A DNA stretch of 45,066 bases from Isoptericola halotolerans (GTDB taxonomy: Bacteria > Actinomycetota > Actinomycetes > Actinomycetales > Cellulomonadaceae). This document shows, piece by piece, positions 28,719 to 38,566 of this stretch. The translations under genes and the position numbers were made by a program. Numbering within the stretch: position 1 is the first letter of the stretch; every line of letters starts with the position of its first letter. The stretch lies in contig NZ_JABEZU010000004.1 of NCBI RefSeq assembly GCF_013149785.1, positions 434,001 through 479,066 on the forward strand. Reading direction: 5' to 3'. Under the pieces are notes generated by a model that saw only the letters and a program-made list of their open reading frames with translations, was not told the DNA's origin and made no database searches.

Positions 28719-28830
28719 CCGAAACTGTTTCCGTCATTGTAGCCACACCAAAGCCTCAAACGGCGCTTGACAGCCGTACCGAGTCGTTCTAGCGTCCGAG
28801 AGTCAAGGAAACAGAGCGAAACTGTTTCCG
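28719..28830. promoter_or_regulatory. Two identical LacI-type operators flanking a sigma70-type promoter
   Basis: CGAAACTGTTTCCG at 28720-28733 and 28817-28830; TTGACA (28767)-N17-TAGCGT (28790). Confidence 0.8.
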
Positions 28831-28871
28831 AACTGTCGACGGTGGTGTCGGCGAGAGAGAGGACTCTGGCG

Positions 28872-30170
28872 ATGAGGCTGAGCAACGGGCGGCGCACGAG
28901 CGCCGCGGTCGTCGCGGTGGCGGTGGCCGGACTGCTGGCAGCGTGCGGAGAGGGCACCCAGCCGGGGCAGGCCTCCGCGGGTACCACGGCATGGGCGCTG
29001 ACCGGCGGTAGCGAGGAGATGTTCCGTGCGCAGTTCGACGCGTGGAACACCGAGAACCCTGACCAGGAGATCGCGGTCGATTGGTTTGCGAACGACGCGT
29101 ACAAGGAGAAGATCCGCACCTCGGTGGGATCGGGCAACGCACCCACCCTGATCTACTCCTGGGCCGGCGGGACGCTGGCCGACTACGTCGCCAACGACAG
29201 CGTCGTCGACCTCACGGATGACACACGCGAGCTCACCGAGCGTCTGATCCCGTCGGTCGCGGCGAACGGCCAGGTGGACGGCAAGACCTACGCCGTGCCG
29301 AACACGCAGAGCCAGCCGGTCGTCCTGTACTACAACCAGGAGGTCCTGGACGCCGCCGGTGTCGAGGTGCCGACGACGTACGACGAGCTGCTCACCACGG
29401 CGGGCACCCTCAAGGACCAGGGCGTGATCCCCATCGCGCTGGCCGGGCAGAGCGTGTGGCCCGAGCTGATGTGGATCCAGTACCTCACCGACCGCATCGG
29501 CGGCCCGGAGGTCTTCCAGGCCGTGCTCGACGGCGAGGAGGGCGCGTGGTCCGACCCGGCGGTCATCGAGGCCACGACAAAGATCCAGGAGCTCGTGGAC
29601 GCGGGCGCGTTCGGGGACAGCTTCGGCTCGGTCAACGCCGACCAGAACGCCGACACCGCGCTCGTGCACACCGGCAAGGCGGCGTTCATCCTGCAGGGAA
29701 GCTGGGTGTACCCGAACTTCCTCAACGACGCCCCGGAGCTCGTCGAGTCCGGCGGCCTGGGCTACACCACCTTCCCGGCGGTCGACGGCGGTGCGGGGGA
29801 CCCGGCGAACGTCGTGGGCAACCCGTCGAACTTCTGGTCGGTCTCCGCGTCCGCCTCCGCGGAGGACCAGGCGACGGCGAAGTCCTTCGTCGCCTCCGAG
29901 GTGCTCAACGACGACGCCGTCGACGAGCTGCTCGCCATCGGCACGGTTCCGCCGATCAGCGGCCTCGAGGACAAGATCGAGCAGCAGGACGACGCGGACT
30001 ACCTGTCGTTCGTCTACGGCATGGTGCGCGATGCCCCGCACTTCCAGCTCTCCTGGGACCAGGCCCTGCCGGCCGCGCAGTCCCAGGCCCTGCTGGACAA
30101 CCTGAGCCAGCTGTTCCTGGGGCAGATCGACCCGCAGCAGTTCTCCGACGCGATGAACGCGACGCTGTGA
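28872..30170 (+). CDS. Sugar ABC transporter substrate-binding lipoprotein
   Basis: Lipobox 'LLAAC'; family-1 SBP motifs 'DGKTYAVP', 'LYYN'. Confidence 0.92.
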   Translation: MRLSNGRRTSAAVVAVAVAGLLAACGEGTQPGQASAGTTAWALTGGSEEMFRAQFDAWNTENPDQEIAVDWFANDAYKEKIRTSVGSGNAPTLIYSWAGGTLADYVANDSVVDLTDDTRELTERLIPSVAANGQVDGKTYAVPNTQSQPVVLYYNQEVLDAAGVEVPTTYDELLTTAGTLKDQGVIPIALAGQSVWPELMWIQYLTDRIGGPEVFQAVLDGEEGAWSDPAVIEATTKIQELVDAGAFGDSFGSVNADQNADTALVHTGKAAFILQGSWVYPNFLNDAPELVESGGLGYTTFPAVDGGAGDPANVVGNPSNFWSVSASASAEDQATAKSFVASEVLNDDAVDELLAIGTVPPISGLEDKIEQQDDADYLSFVYGMVRDAPHFQLSWDQALPAAQSQALLDNLSQLFLGQIDPQQFSDAMNATL

Positions 30171-31102
30171 GTGTCGCAACCAGCCCCGCAGCCCTGACGC
30201 AGACGCGCCAGGGCCGCGGGGCCCCCGGAAGCCGCGCGGCCGGCCCGTCGATCTGGATGGCCGGGCCCGCCCTGCTGCTGTTCGGCGTGTTCGCCGTGGT
30301 GCCGCTGCTGGGCGTGGTCGTCCTGTCGTTCATGAGCTGGGACGGCCTGGGCGCCCCGGTCTGGGCCGGCGCCGAGAACTGGGGCCGCACGCTCACCGAC
30401 CCGGTGACGCAGAATGCCATGCGCCTCACCGTGGTCCTCAGCGTGGCGAGCTGGCTGTTCCAGGCACCGGTCTCGCTGCTGCTCGGCGTCTTCATGGCCG
30501 GCCGCCAGCGCTACCGGGCCGTGCTCTCGGTGCTGTACTTCCTGCCCCTGCTGTTCTCCGCGGCGGCCGTCGCGATCGCCTACCGGGCGCTGCTGGATCC
30601 CAACTTCGGGCTGGGCACCGCACTGGGCGTCTCGTGGCTGTCCCAGGACTGGATCGGCGACCCCGACCTGGCGCTGTGGGTGGTGCTGTTCGTCGTCTCC
30701 TGGTCGTTCGTGCCGTTCCACTCCCTGCTCTACCAGGGCGGCGTCCGGCAGATCCCGAAGTCGATGTACGAGGCGGCGCTGCTCGACGGCGCCGGCCGGG
30801 CGCAGCAGTTCTTCCACATCACCCTGCCGCAGCTGAAGTACACGATCGTGACGTCCTCGACGCTGATGATCGTCGGTTCCCTGACGTACTTCGACCTCAT
30901 CTTCGTCCTGACCGGCGGGGGACCGGGCAACGCGACCCGCATCCTGCCGCTGGACATGTACCTGACCGGCTTCCGCAGCTACGACATGGGCAAGGCGAGC
31001 GTCATCGCCGTCGTCCTCGTCGCCGTCGGCCTCGCGGTCTCGATCGGGCTGAACCGGTTCTCGGGAGCGAACAAGATGGACTCGCAGATGGAGGGCGTCT
31101 GA
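30167..31102 (+). CDS. Sugar ABC transporter permease
   Basis: EAA loop 'MYEAALLDGA...QFFHITLP'. Confidence 0.92.
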   Translation: MSVATSPAALTQTRQGRGAPGSRAAGPSIWMAGPALLLFGVFAVVPLLGVVVLSFMSWDGLGAPVWAGAENWGRTLTDPVTQNAMRLTVVLSVASWLFQAPVSLLLGVFMAGRQRYRAVLSVLYFLPLLFSAAAVAIAYRALLDPNFGLGTALGVSWLSQDWIGDPDLALWVVLFVVSWSFVPFHSLLYQGGVRQIPKSMYEAALLDGAGRAQQFFHITLPQLKYTIVTSSTLMIVGSLTYFDLIFVLTGGGPGNATRILPLDMYLTGFRSYDMGKASVIAVVLVAVGLAVSIGLNRFSGANKMDSQMEGV

Positions 31103-31935
31103 TGTCCGCACGCACCTCGCGCACCACGCCCAACGTACTGGGTGGCCTGGCCGGGTGGGTCTGGCTGGCGATCATCATCGTGCCGATCTACTACATCCTC
31201 GTCACGAGCCTGCGTCCCCAGGCCGACTACTACTCCGAGAACCCGCTCTCGTTGCCGACCAACCCGACCTTGGACGCCTACGGGCAGGTGCTGGCCAACG
31301 ACTTCCTGCGCTACTTCGGCAACTCGGTGGTCGTCACCCTGGTCTCGGTCCTCGTGATCCTCGCGGTGAGCCTGATGGCGTCCTACGTCGTCGTGCGCTC
31401 CCGCCGCCGGTCGACGGCGCGGCTGTTCCAGGTCTTCCTGCTCGGCATCGCCATCCCGATCCAGGCCACGATCATCCCCGTCTACTACCTGATCGTGCAG
31501 CTCGGGCTGTACGACACCCTGTGGGCGATCATCCTTCCGTCGATCGCGTTCGCGATCCCGCTGTCGGTCCTCATCCTGACCAACTTCCTGCGCGACGTGC
31601 CGGCGGAGCTGTTCGAGTCGATGAGGGTGGACGGCGCGGGAGAGTGGCGCACCCTGTGGAGCCTCGCCCTGCCGCTGACCCGCCCGGCCGTCATGACGGT
31701 CGGCGTCTACAACGCCCTGCAGGTGTGGAACGGGTTCCTGTTCCCTCTGGTGCTCACCCAGAGCGCCGAGACCCGCGTGCTGCCGCTGTCCCTGTGGTCC
31801 TTCCAGGGCGAGTTCTCCGTGAACGTGCCGGCCGTGCTCGCCGCCGTCGTCCTGTCCGTCCTTCCCATCCTCGCCGCCTACATCGTGGGCCGCCGCCAGC
31901 TCGTGTCCGGCCTGACCGCCGGCTTCGGCAAGTAG
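31102..31935 (+). CDS. Sugar ABC transporter permease
   Basis: 'ELFESMRVDGA', 'VWNGFLFPL'. Confidence 0.92.
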   Translation: MSARTSRTTPNVLGGLAGWVWLAIIIVPIYYILVTSLRPQADYYSENPLSLPTNPTLDAYGQVLANDFLRYFGNSVVVTLVSVLVILAVSLMASYVVVRSRRRSTARLFQVFLLGIAIPIQATIIPVYYLIVQLGLYDTLWAIILPSIAFAIPLSVLILTNFLRDVPAELFESMRVDGAGEWRTLWSLALPLTRPAVMTVGVYNALQVWNGFLFPLVLTQSAETRVLPLSLWSFQGEFSVNVPAVLAAVVLSVLPILAAYIVGRRQLVSGLTAGFGK

Positions 31936-31978
31936 CCGGCCGCCGCCGGCTCCCTTACTCAGCACTTCGAGGAGCTCC

Positions 31979-33967
31979 ATGAACACCGTCCCGTCCACCG
32001 CCCTCCATGTCGCCACCACCGGGTCCGACGCCGCGGACGGCAGCGCGGACAGCCCGCTGCGCACCATCAACCGGGCCGCAGCCGTCGCACGACCGGGGGA
32101 CACCGTCGTCGTGCACGGCGGGGAGTACCGCGAGTGGGTGACGCCGCCCCGTGGCGGGCTCAGCGACAGCCGGCGCATCACCTACGAGGCCGCGCCCGGC
32201 GAGCACGTGGTCATCAAGGGTTCGGAGCCGGTCACGGGATGGGAACGGGGTGGAGGGGACGTGTGGACGGTCGCGGTCCCCAACACCCTGTTCGGTGCGT
32301 TCAACCCGTACGCCGAGGAGATCGAGGGCGACTGGATCGTCTACCCGGAGAAGGACACGCCACGCAGGCACCTGGGCGACGTCTACCTGAACGGTCGGAG
32401 CTTCTACGAGGTGTCGAGCCTGTCGGAGGTCTTCGACCCACCGCTGCGCACCGAGATGATCGATGACTGGACCGGCGCCACCGACCTCGTTCGCGATCCC
32501 GAGCAGACGCGCCATGTCTGGTACGCCGAGGTCGGACCGGACCGGACGACGATCTGGGCGAACTTCCAGGACGCCGACCCCAACGCCGAGACGGTCGAGA
32601 TCAACGTGCGCCGGTCGGTCTTCTACCCCACCGAGCAGCACATCGACTACATCACGGTGCGCGGCTTCGAGCTGGCCCACGCCGCGAGCCCATGGGCACC
32701 GCCCACCGCAGACCAGCCGGGCCTGATCGGGCCCAACTGGGCCAAGGGCTGGATCATCGAGGACAACGTCATCCACGACGCCAAGTGCTCGGCGATCTCG
32801 CTGGGCAAGGAGGCTTCCACCGGCAACAACTACGCCACGCTGCGGGGGGACAAGCCCGGCTACCAGTACCAGCTCGAGTCGGTGTTCACCGCACGCCAGA
32901 TCGGTTGGGACCGCGAGCACGTCGGCTCGCACGTCGTGCGCCGCAACACCATCTACGACTGCGGCCAGAACGCCGTCGTGGGGCACCTCGGCTGCGTGTT
33001 CTCCACCATCGAGGACAACCACATCCACCACATCGGGACCAAGCGGGAGTTCTACGGGTACGAGATCGGCGGCATCAAGCTGCACGCCGCGATCGACGTC
33101 ACCATCCGGCACAACCGCATCCACGACTGCACGCTGGGCACCTGGCTGGACTGGCAGACACAGGGCACCCGGGTCACCCGGAACCTGTTCCACGACAACA
33201 ACCGCGACCTGTTCGTCGAGGTGAGCCACGGACCCTACCTGGTCGACCACAACGTCCTCGGCTCACGTGCGTCGCTGGAGGTTTTCAGCCAGGGTGGCGC
33301 CTTCGTCAACAACCTCGTGTGCGGCACCGTCTCGCTCGAGCCCGTCGTCGAGCGGCCCACGCCCTACCACGTGCCGCACAGCACTCAGGTCTCCGGCTAT
33401 GCCGCCATCTTCGGTGGCGACGACCGCCACATCGGGAACGTCTTCCTCGGCGGCGACGCGCGCCACGCCTACGGGCCGACGGCGCGCGAGGGCCAGGTCG
33501 TCGGCTACGGCACCGCCGGGTACGACGGGCACCCGTCGTCGCTCAGTGACTATCTCGATCAGCTCGCCGATCCCTCCACCGGAGACCACGAACGGTTCAT
33601 GAGCGCCAAGCAGCCGGTCTACATCCGGGACAACGTCTACGCCTCGGGCGCAGCACCGTACGAGGCGGAAGAGGGTGCGGTCGTCGTCGACGAACCGGAC
33701 GTCTCGGTGGTCGTCGTGGAGGACGGCGACGGGGTCTACCTCGAGGCGACCCTGCCTCCAGGTTTCGACCGAGTGCGCACCAGGCCCGTGACGGGCAGGG
33801 ACCTCGAGCGCGTCCGGCTCGTGGACGCGGAGTTCGAGGACCGCGACGGCAGTCCTGTCCAGGTCGACACCGACCTCGTCGGCACGCTCAAGCCCGCTAC
33901 GGAGACCTACCCCGCCGGTCCGCTCGCCGCCCTCGCCTCGGGCGCATCGCGCATCCGGGTGTGGTGA
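31979..33967 (+). CDS. Parallel beta-helix glycoside hydrolase, GH120 beta-xylosidase-like
   Basis: 'HGGEYREWV.P', 'WAPPTADQPG', 'GIKLHAAID', 'WLDWQTQGTR', 'EVSHGP'. Confidence 0.85.
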   Translation: MNTVPSTALHVATTGSDAADGSADSPLRTINRAAAVARPGDTVVVHGGEYREWVTPPRGGLSDSRRITYEAAPGEHVVIKGSEPVTGWERGGGDVWTVAVPNTLFGAFNPYAEEIEGDWIVYPEKDTPRRHLGDVYLNGRSFYEVSSLSEVFDPPLRTEMIDDWTGATDLVRDPEQTRHVWYAEVGPDRTTIWANFQDADPNAETVEINVRRSVFYPTEQHIDYITVRGFELAHAASPWAPPTADQPGLIGPNWAKGWIIEDNVIHDAKCSAISLGKEASTGNNYATLRGDKPGYQYQLESVFTARQIGWDREHVGSHVVRRNTIYDCGQNAVVGHLGCVFSTIEDNHIHHIGTKREFYGYEIGGIKLHAAIDVTIRHNRIHDCTLGTWLDWQTQGTRVTRNLFHDNNRDLFVEVSHGPYLVDHNVLGSRASLEVFSQGGAFVNNLVCGTVSLEPVVERPTPYHVPHSTQVSGYAAIFGGDDRHIGNVFLGGDARHAYGPTAREGQVVGYGTAGYDGHPSSLSDYLDQLADPSTGDHERFMSAKQPVYIRDNVYASGAAPYEAEEGAVVVDEPDVSVVVVEDGDGVYLEATLPPGFDRVRTRPVTGRDLERVRLVDAEFEDRDGSPVQVDTDLVGTLKPATETYPAGPLAALASGASRIRVW

Positions 33968-34121
33968 GACGAGCGTCGCCGACGTCACCTGGGACCGCAG
34001 CACGGGTAGGTGACGGTGCGGCGGATCACCTCGGCCGGCTCGTGGGAATGTGCCCGCCACACGGTACTGCTGACCGAGAAGCACCGGGCCGCGTCGTGAT
34101 GCTGGCACGGGTGCCTCCCCG

Positions 34122-34169
34122 GACGCGACCGAGATCGCGCAAGGTAGGCAGGCATGTCCACGCAACCTG
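34122..34169 (+). repeat. Dispersed element, partial copy 3
   Basis: 42/48 identical to the core of copy 2 (CCGAG.TCGCGCAAGGTAGGCAGGC.TGTCC.CGCAA.CTG). Confidence 0.85.
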
Positions 34170-34269
34170 GCTTTGTCGATCCTCCATCCACGCACTTCGA
34201 GGTCATGATGACCTCGGACTGGTGATTCCATGACCTGTCTGAAGGCGTGGGGTGTGCCACCATCCTGCG

Positions 34270-34962
34270 ATGGCCGCTACTGACTCGATCCTTCCCGCAC
34301 CACCGCTTCCTGGCGTCGTGCCTGCGCGAGCGCGCACTGTCTTCGTGGTGACGCACCCGGAGGCGACACACCACGTCGACGGATTGGTCGGTGGCCAGTT
34401 CGACTCGGAGCTGACGGCGAAGGGTCTCGACGACGCGGGTCGGATCGCTGCGGCGTTGGCCGGGAGGATCAGCGAGGAGCGCAGCCGGTCCGTGGTCTCG
34501 TCGGATCTGCGCCGGACGGCCCAGACGGCGACGGCGATCGGCGACGACCTGGGCGTCGAACCCCGTCTCGACAGGCGTCTGCGGGAGAAGTCGTACGGGG
34601 TGGCCGGTGGTCGTGAGCAGTCGTGGTTGGACGAACGGTTCGTCGCGCCGCCGGCGGTGGGGGACCGGCTGCGTCACCACGAGGGGGTCGAGGGGGCCGA
34701 GTCGCGCCTGGAGGTCGCGTGCCGGGTCTACGAGGCGATGTCCGAAGCCCTGGCACGCGACGTGGACGACCTGGTCGTCGTGACCCACGGTTTCGCGGCG
34801 ACGTTCGTGGTTGCCGCGTGGATCGGGATGCCGATCGAGGCCACCGGTCACGTTGCCTTCCACGTGCGCTCGGGGAGCATCACGACTCTGCGTGAGGACG
34901 GCTTCTTCCACAACCGCGCCGTGGTGGCGGTGGGGGAGACCTCGCACCTCGTTGCCGACTGA
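34270..34962 (+). CDS. Histidine phosphatase family protein
   Basis: 'VVTHPE' (RHG variant), 'SSDLRR..QTA', 'LRE..YG', 'VTHG'. Confidence 0.85.
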   Translation: MAATDSILPAPPLPGVVPARARTVFVVTHPEATHHVDGLVGGQFDSELTAKGLDDAGRIAAALAGRISEERSRSVVSSDLRRTAQTATAIGDDLGVEPRLDRRLREKSYGVAGGREQSWLDERFVAPPAVGDRLRHHEGVEGAESRLEVACRVYEAMSEALARDVDDLVVVTHGFAATFVVAAWIGMPIEATGHVAFHVRSGSITTLREDGFFHNRAVVAVGETSHLVAD

Positions 34963-35077
34963 CGACCGTCGCCACGGCTACTGAGCTCCGACGTGCGGGC
35001 CGCACTCTCGGTCAATCGCCGACGCCCCGTGGCGCGTTCATGACCACGGTCCCAGGGGGGGTCGGCGTCGAGCAAGG

Positions 35078-35884
35078 TCAGGGAACGACGGCGTGCTCGG
35101 TGAACTGGCCGCAGGAGCGGAACCCCAGGCGGCGGTAGACCGGCTCACCGTCGGGTGACGCCTGCAGGACCGCGACGCGGTGACCGTTGTCGAGGGCCGT
35201 GCGGAGCGTCGCCCGGGTGATGGCGCCGCCGTAGCCCCGTCGACGGTGGGTGGCGAGGGTCGAGATGTTGTAGATGCCGGCGACTCCCGCATGGAGGAAC
35301 ACCTCGGCGGAACAGACCGGACGACCCTCGACGTAGCCGACCAGGTACCGGGCCGCACACTGCGTGGCCAGCGCCTGCGGCGCAGCCTGGGTGAAGAAGC
35401 GGCGGACCGTGTCTGCGGGCGGGTCCCAGTTCGCGGCCAGCACGGTGGCGTGGTCGGCGAGCTGCCCAGGTGTGGTGACCTGCTGGATGTCGAGGTCCTG
35501 GGCGCTGGGCGGCGCCAGGCTGTCGTCCAGCGTGGTCCACATCGCTGTCTCGTGCTCGGACGCAGGAAGGCCAGCCGCCGTCAGACGGGTGCTGAGGTCC
35601 GCTGGTGTTGAAGCGGGGCCCACCCACCAGGAGAAGGTGCGGCCGGTGCGAGCCAGTGCCCGAGCCGTCTCGGTGATGCGTACCGCGGCGTCGGTGACGG
35701 TGAAGCGGGCTGCGGCAACGATGTTGAAGGTGTCGTCGTCCAGCCCGCTGTCGGCGACCAGGAGGTCACCGCGTTCCGTCACGGTCGCACCAGCCATGCC
35801 TCTGTGCAGGTGACAGGCATGCTCTGCCAGGTTGCGCTCCATCCGGAGCGTCACGTCGGCCTCGTCGAGGAAGGGATCACTCAT
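35078..35884 (-). CDS. GNAT acetyltransferase
   Basis: 'AGIYNIST...RRRGYG', 'LQAS.DG..VY.RLGF'. Confidence 0.85.
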   Translation of the reverse strand: MSDPFLDEADVTLRMERNLAEHACHLHRGMAGATVTERGDLLVADSGLDDDTFNIVAAARFTVTDAAVRITETARALARTGRTFSWWVGPASTPADLSTRLTAAGLPASEHETAMWTTLDDSLAPPSAQDLDIQQVTTPGQLADHATVLAANWDPPADTVRRFFTQAAPQALATQCAARYLVGYVEGRPVCSAEVFLHAGVAGIYNISTLATHRRRGYGGAITRATLRTALDNGHRVAVLQASPDGEPVYRRLGFRSCGQFTEHAVVP

Positions 35885-36034
35885 GGCAGAGGAGCCCAGC
35901 ATGACCGCGGCAGGAACGCACGCGAATTGAGCCGCCCGGGCAGCAGCAGGTGCTGGGAGTGCTCGTCGCCAGCGACGCCCAAGGTCGCGCAGAGCATCCC
36001 TGAGCTGATGCGTGGTGCTCGAGCTGAACGGGTC

Positions 36035-36613
36035 TCATGATCGAGCGGGCGATGAGTTCCTGATCATGCTGTGCACCACGGGTCCGTCGCCGGTGTGGTG
36101 GGTGTCCGTCAGAGCAAAGCCGAGTCGTTCGTAGAACGTGACGTTGCGGGCGTCGGAGGTCTCGAGGGACACGCGCGGCGCACCTGTCTCGTCGAGATGC
36201 TGCAGTGCTGCGGTGGTGACGAGGGTCCCGAGGCCTGCACCCTGCTCTTCGGGGACGACACCGAGTGTGGCAAGAATCCATGCGTCTGAAGGGGACGCCG
36301 GGAGGTCGAGGTTCGCGACGGCGTGGAGTCGGGTGCCGTGGAGGTCTGCGATCCTCTCCTGGACCGTTGCGGGTGGGGTAGGAGCCGTGGGTGGCATGAG
36401 GGCCGTGACGGCGCGCACCTGTGAGTCGACGAGCACGACGCCGTGTTCCAGCGCCAGCTGCAGGTAGATCTCTTGGAGCTCGGCGAGCCGGTGGGTGTAG
36501 TCGTCGTTCGGGATCACCCACCTCGTCCAGGGATAGTCGCGGAATGCGGCGGCGAGCACGCTCACCGCGGCGGGGAGGTCGGCCTGCGTAGCGCGGCGTA
36601 CGGAAGTCGTCAC
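36035..36613 (-). CDS. GNAT acetyltransferase
   Basis: 'LATLGV.PE.QG.GLG', 'LETS..RNV.FYERLGF'. Confidence 0.85.
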   Translation of the reverse strand: MTTSVRRATQADLPAAVSVLAAAFRDYPWTRWVIPNDDYTHRLAELQEIYLQLALEHGVVLVDSQVRAVTALMPPTAPTPPATVQERIADLHGTRLHAVANLDLPASPSDAWILATLGVVPEEQGAGLGTLVTTAALQHLDETGAPRVSLETSDARNVTFYERLGFALTDTHHTGDGPVVHSMIRNSSPARS

Positions 36614-36951
36614 GAGGCATCGCCTTTCAAGGGAGTTCGGCTCGGTTGCTCGATCGCACCGGTGTCTGCGATCTCTTGCAGGGTGCGCACGTGCTGCGAG
36701 AAGGCCTCGCTGCCGTGGTCGGTGATGCGAACCCAGGTGCGAGTCCGCCGTCCGGCGGCCTCCTTACGGATCTCGACGAGGTCCGCGTCCGCCAGGGCAG
36801 TCAAGCTCTGGGAGAGGGAGGAGTCGCTCACCTCGACCAGGTCGGCGAGGAAGCGGAAGTCTGCGCTCTCGAGGTGTGCGAGGGCGGCGAGGACGGAGAA
36901 GCGGACGGGGGAGTGGATGAGGGAGTCCAGGTCCCTTCGCGGGTGGGTCAT
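36610..36951 (-). CDS. Winged-helix (MarR/ArsR-like) regulator
   Basis: 'LIHSPVRFSVLAAL..DF..L...VSDS.LSQ.L..L'. Confidence 0.85.
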   Translation of the reverse strand: MTHPRRDLDSLIHSPVRFSVLAALAHLESADFRFLADLVEVSDSSLSQSLTALADADLVEIRKEAAGRRTRTWVRITDHGSEAFSQHVRTLQEIADTGAIEQPSRTPLKGDAS

Positions 36952-37373
36952 CGGCGCGCACTCGCGAACGCGCAGGCGGCGAACGGTGACGCGGCGACGA
37001 CGCCGGCGGCGACCCACCATGAGGCCCCGGTCGCGCCGAGGAGCTGCAGGGCGGGGTCGAGCATGACGAAGTACAGGATCGCCCACGTCGCGACGGAGAT
37101 CCCCATGTCGCGGATCCAGTGGCGTGGGGCGGCCTCATGGTTCCTCGCCACGGCGGACCACAGCAACGCAAGGACGACGGCGAAGACTCCGGTCGCCGGC
37201 CACCACGGCGCTCCGAGCACGTCGAGCGCGACGGTGTAGGTGAGGGCGGTGACGGCGTGCGCGAGGCTCAGCCAGGGGTACCAACGCGTCGCCCTGCGGG
37301 CGTGCGCCGCGACCGTGGCGACCTGGTGCAGCTGACGTTCGGCTTCATGAGGCGTCATCTCGTTGTCAGGCAT
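36948..37373 (-). CDS. Small 4-TM membrane protein
   Basis: Four hydrophobic segments; coupled to the regulator gene. Confidence 0.7.
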   Translation of the reverse strand: MPDNEMTPHEAERQLHQVATVAAHARRATRWYPWLSLAHAVTALTYTVALDVLGAPWWPATGVFAVVLALLWSAVARNHEAAPRHWIRDMGISVATWAILYFVMLDPALQLLGATGASWWVAAGVVAASPFAACAFASARR

Positions 37374-37379
37374 GAAAGC

Positions 37380-37398
37380 ACTTTAACATAGATAAAGT
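37380..37398 (-). promoter_or_regulatory. Palindromic operator over a leaderless -10 box
   Basis: ACTTTA-N7-TAAAGT; minus-strand TAAAGT lies 6 nt before ATG 37373. Confidence 0.6.
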
Positions 37399-37709
37399 CA
37401 CACCTCCCGAGTCATGCACGTCACCCCCGCCGAAGGGATATGCGCGCTCGTCTTCCTGCAGCCCTGAGCACCGGCGCGGGTCGGGAGGTCTGCGCGGGTT
37501 CCGCAAGGCAGCCCGGGTGCGAGCATCCTCCGAGGGGCACCACGGAAGGGTCGGCCATGAACGCGTCCTCGATGACGGGTCGTGTCCATGGTCATGACGA
37601 CGACCTGGCCGCCCCGCGGGTCCGTCCGGAGGTCGGAAGGGCGCGCGCGCGCCACCTGACGACGGGTGGGAGACGGATTTTCGCCGGACCTGACGGCTAC
37701 TCTCGGCCC

Positions 37710-37964
37710 ATGCGCAGCGAGACCTTGCGAAGGACCGCCCGGGGCGTCGCCGTCGTCGCCGCGCTGCTCGCGGTCGCCGACGGCTTCCGGTGGGGCAACC
37801 GGTGGTACGTCTCGACGATGTTCGGTGGCGCCCGGAGCGGCAACGACCTGGCGGCCGAGAGGCTCGCGGGCGCCCACGGCGCGCTGGTCGCGTGCTTGTG
37901 CTGGCTGAGCCTGGCGATCGTCGCCGCCGTCGTCGGCTGGCAGCTCCGCGTCGTCCGCGCGTAG
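37710..37964 (+). CDS. Small membrane protein
   Basis: Two hydrophobic segments, high GC3. Confidence 0.5.
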   Translation: MRSETLRRTARGVAVVAALLAVADGFRWGNRWYVSTMFGGARSGNDLAAERLAGAHGALVACLCWLSLAIVAAVVGWQLRVVRA

Positions 37965-37991
37965 CCCGCCCGACGGCCCGCCCACCGTTTG

Positions 37992-38402
37992 TCAGCCAGG
38001 CCCGGCCGCCGCGGTGATGTGGCTGAGGACGCATACCCAGCGGTCCTCCCGTCGCACGAACACGTCGGTGGTCCACTCGTCGGCGTCGAGTCGTCGCCCG
38101 GCATGATGAGCGGTGTTGGTGACGCGCGCCGTGAGCACTGCCGTCTCACCCCAGACCCGGACCCTCGGGGCCGTGACGCGCTCCATGGCCGTGTGGGTCA
38201 GCTCCCCGGACCGGACCAGCGCCAGGAACTCCTCCCGTGCTGTGGTGCCCTGCTCGGAGACGATCACCCAGTCGTCCGCCATGAAGTCGGCGATCCGTCC
38301 GGCGTCGTTGGCGACGATCGCCCTGGACCACTCGTCACTGATCGCGACGATCTCTGCCGTCGGGCCATCGCTCGACCCCGCCTCGCTCACGTCGTGGCCC
38401 AT
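37992..38402 (-). CDS. NTF2-like / DUF4440 protein
   Basis: 'AIVANDA...MADDW', 'VRVWGETAV', 'TDVFVRR..RW.CV.SH'. Confidence 0.8.
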   Translation of the reverse strand: MGHDVSEAGSSDGPTAEIVAISDEWSRAIVANDAGRIADFMADDWVIVSEQGTTAREEFLALVRSGELTHTAMERVTAPRVRVWGETAVLTARVTNTAHHAGRRLDADEWTTDVFVRREDRWVCVLSHITAAAGPG

Positions 38403-38566
38403 GCGTGCTCCTCCCGGCCTGGTCCTCACAGACTCTCACCGGGCGGGCGGGGTCGCCGAGGGTCTGGTGGCGCTGCGCGTGGCAGGTCGCCGCGCGACAA
38501 GATCCGGCGCACCATAGCGTCGGGACAGCCGTGCACCGCCGGAACCACCACGAGGAAGGACAGTCG

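Noticed and set aside
15914..34169. Dispersed element as integron attC or CRISPR repeat
   Set aside because: Only copy 1 has RYYYAAC and none ends in a matching GTTRRRY; copies are kilobases apart with no spacers, cas genes or integron integrase.
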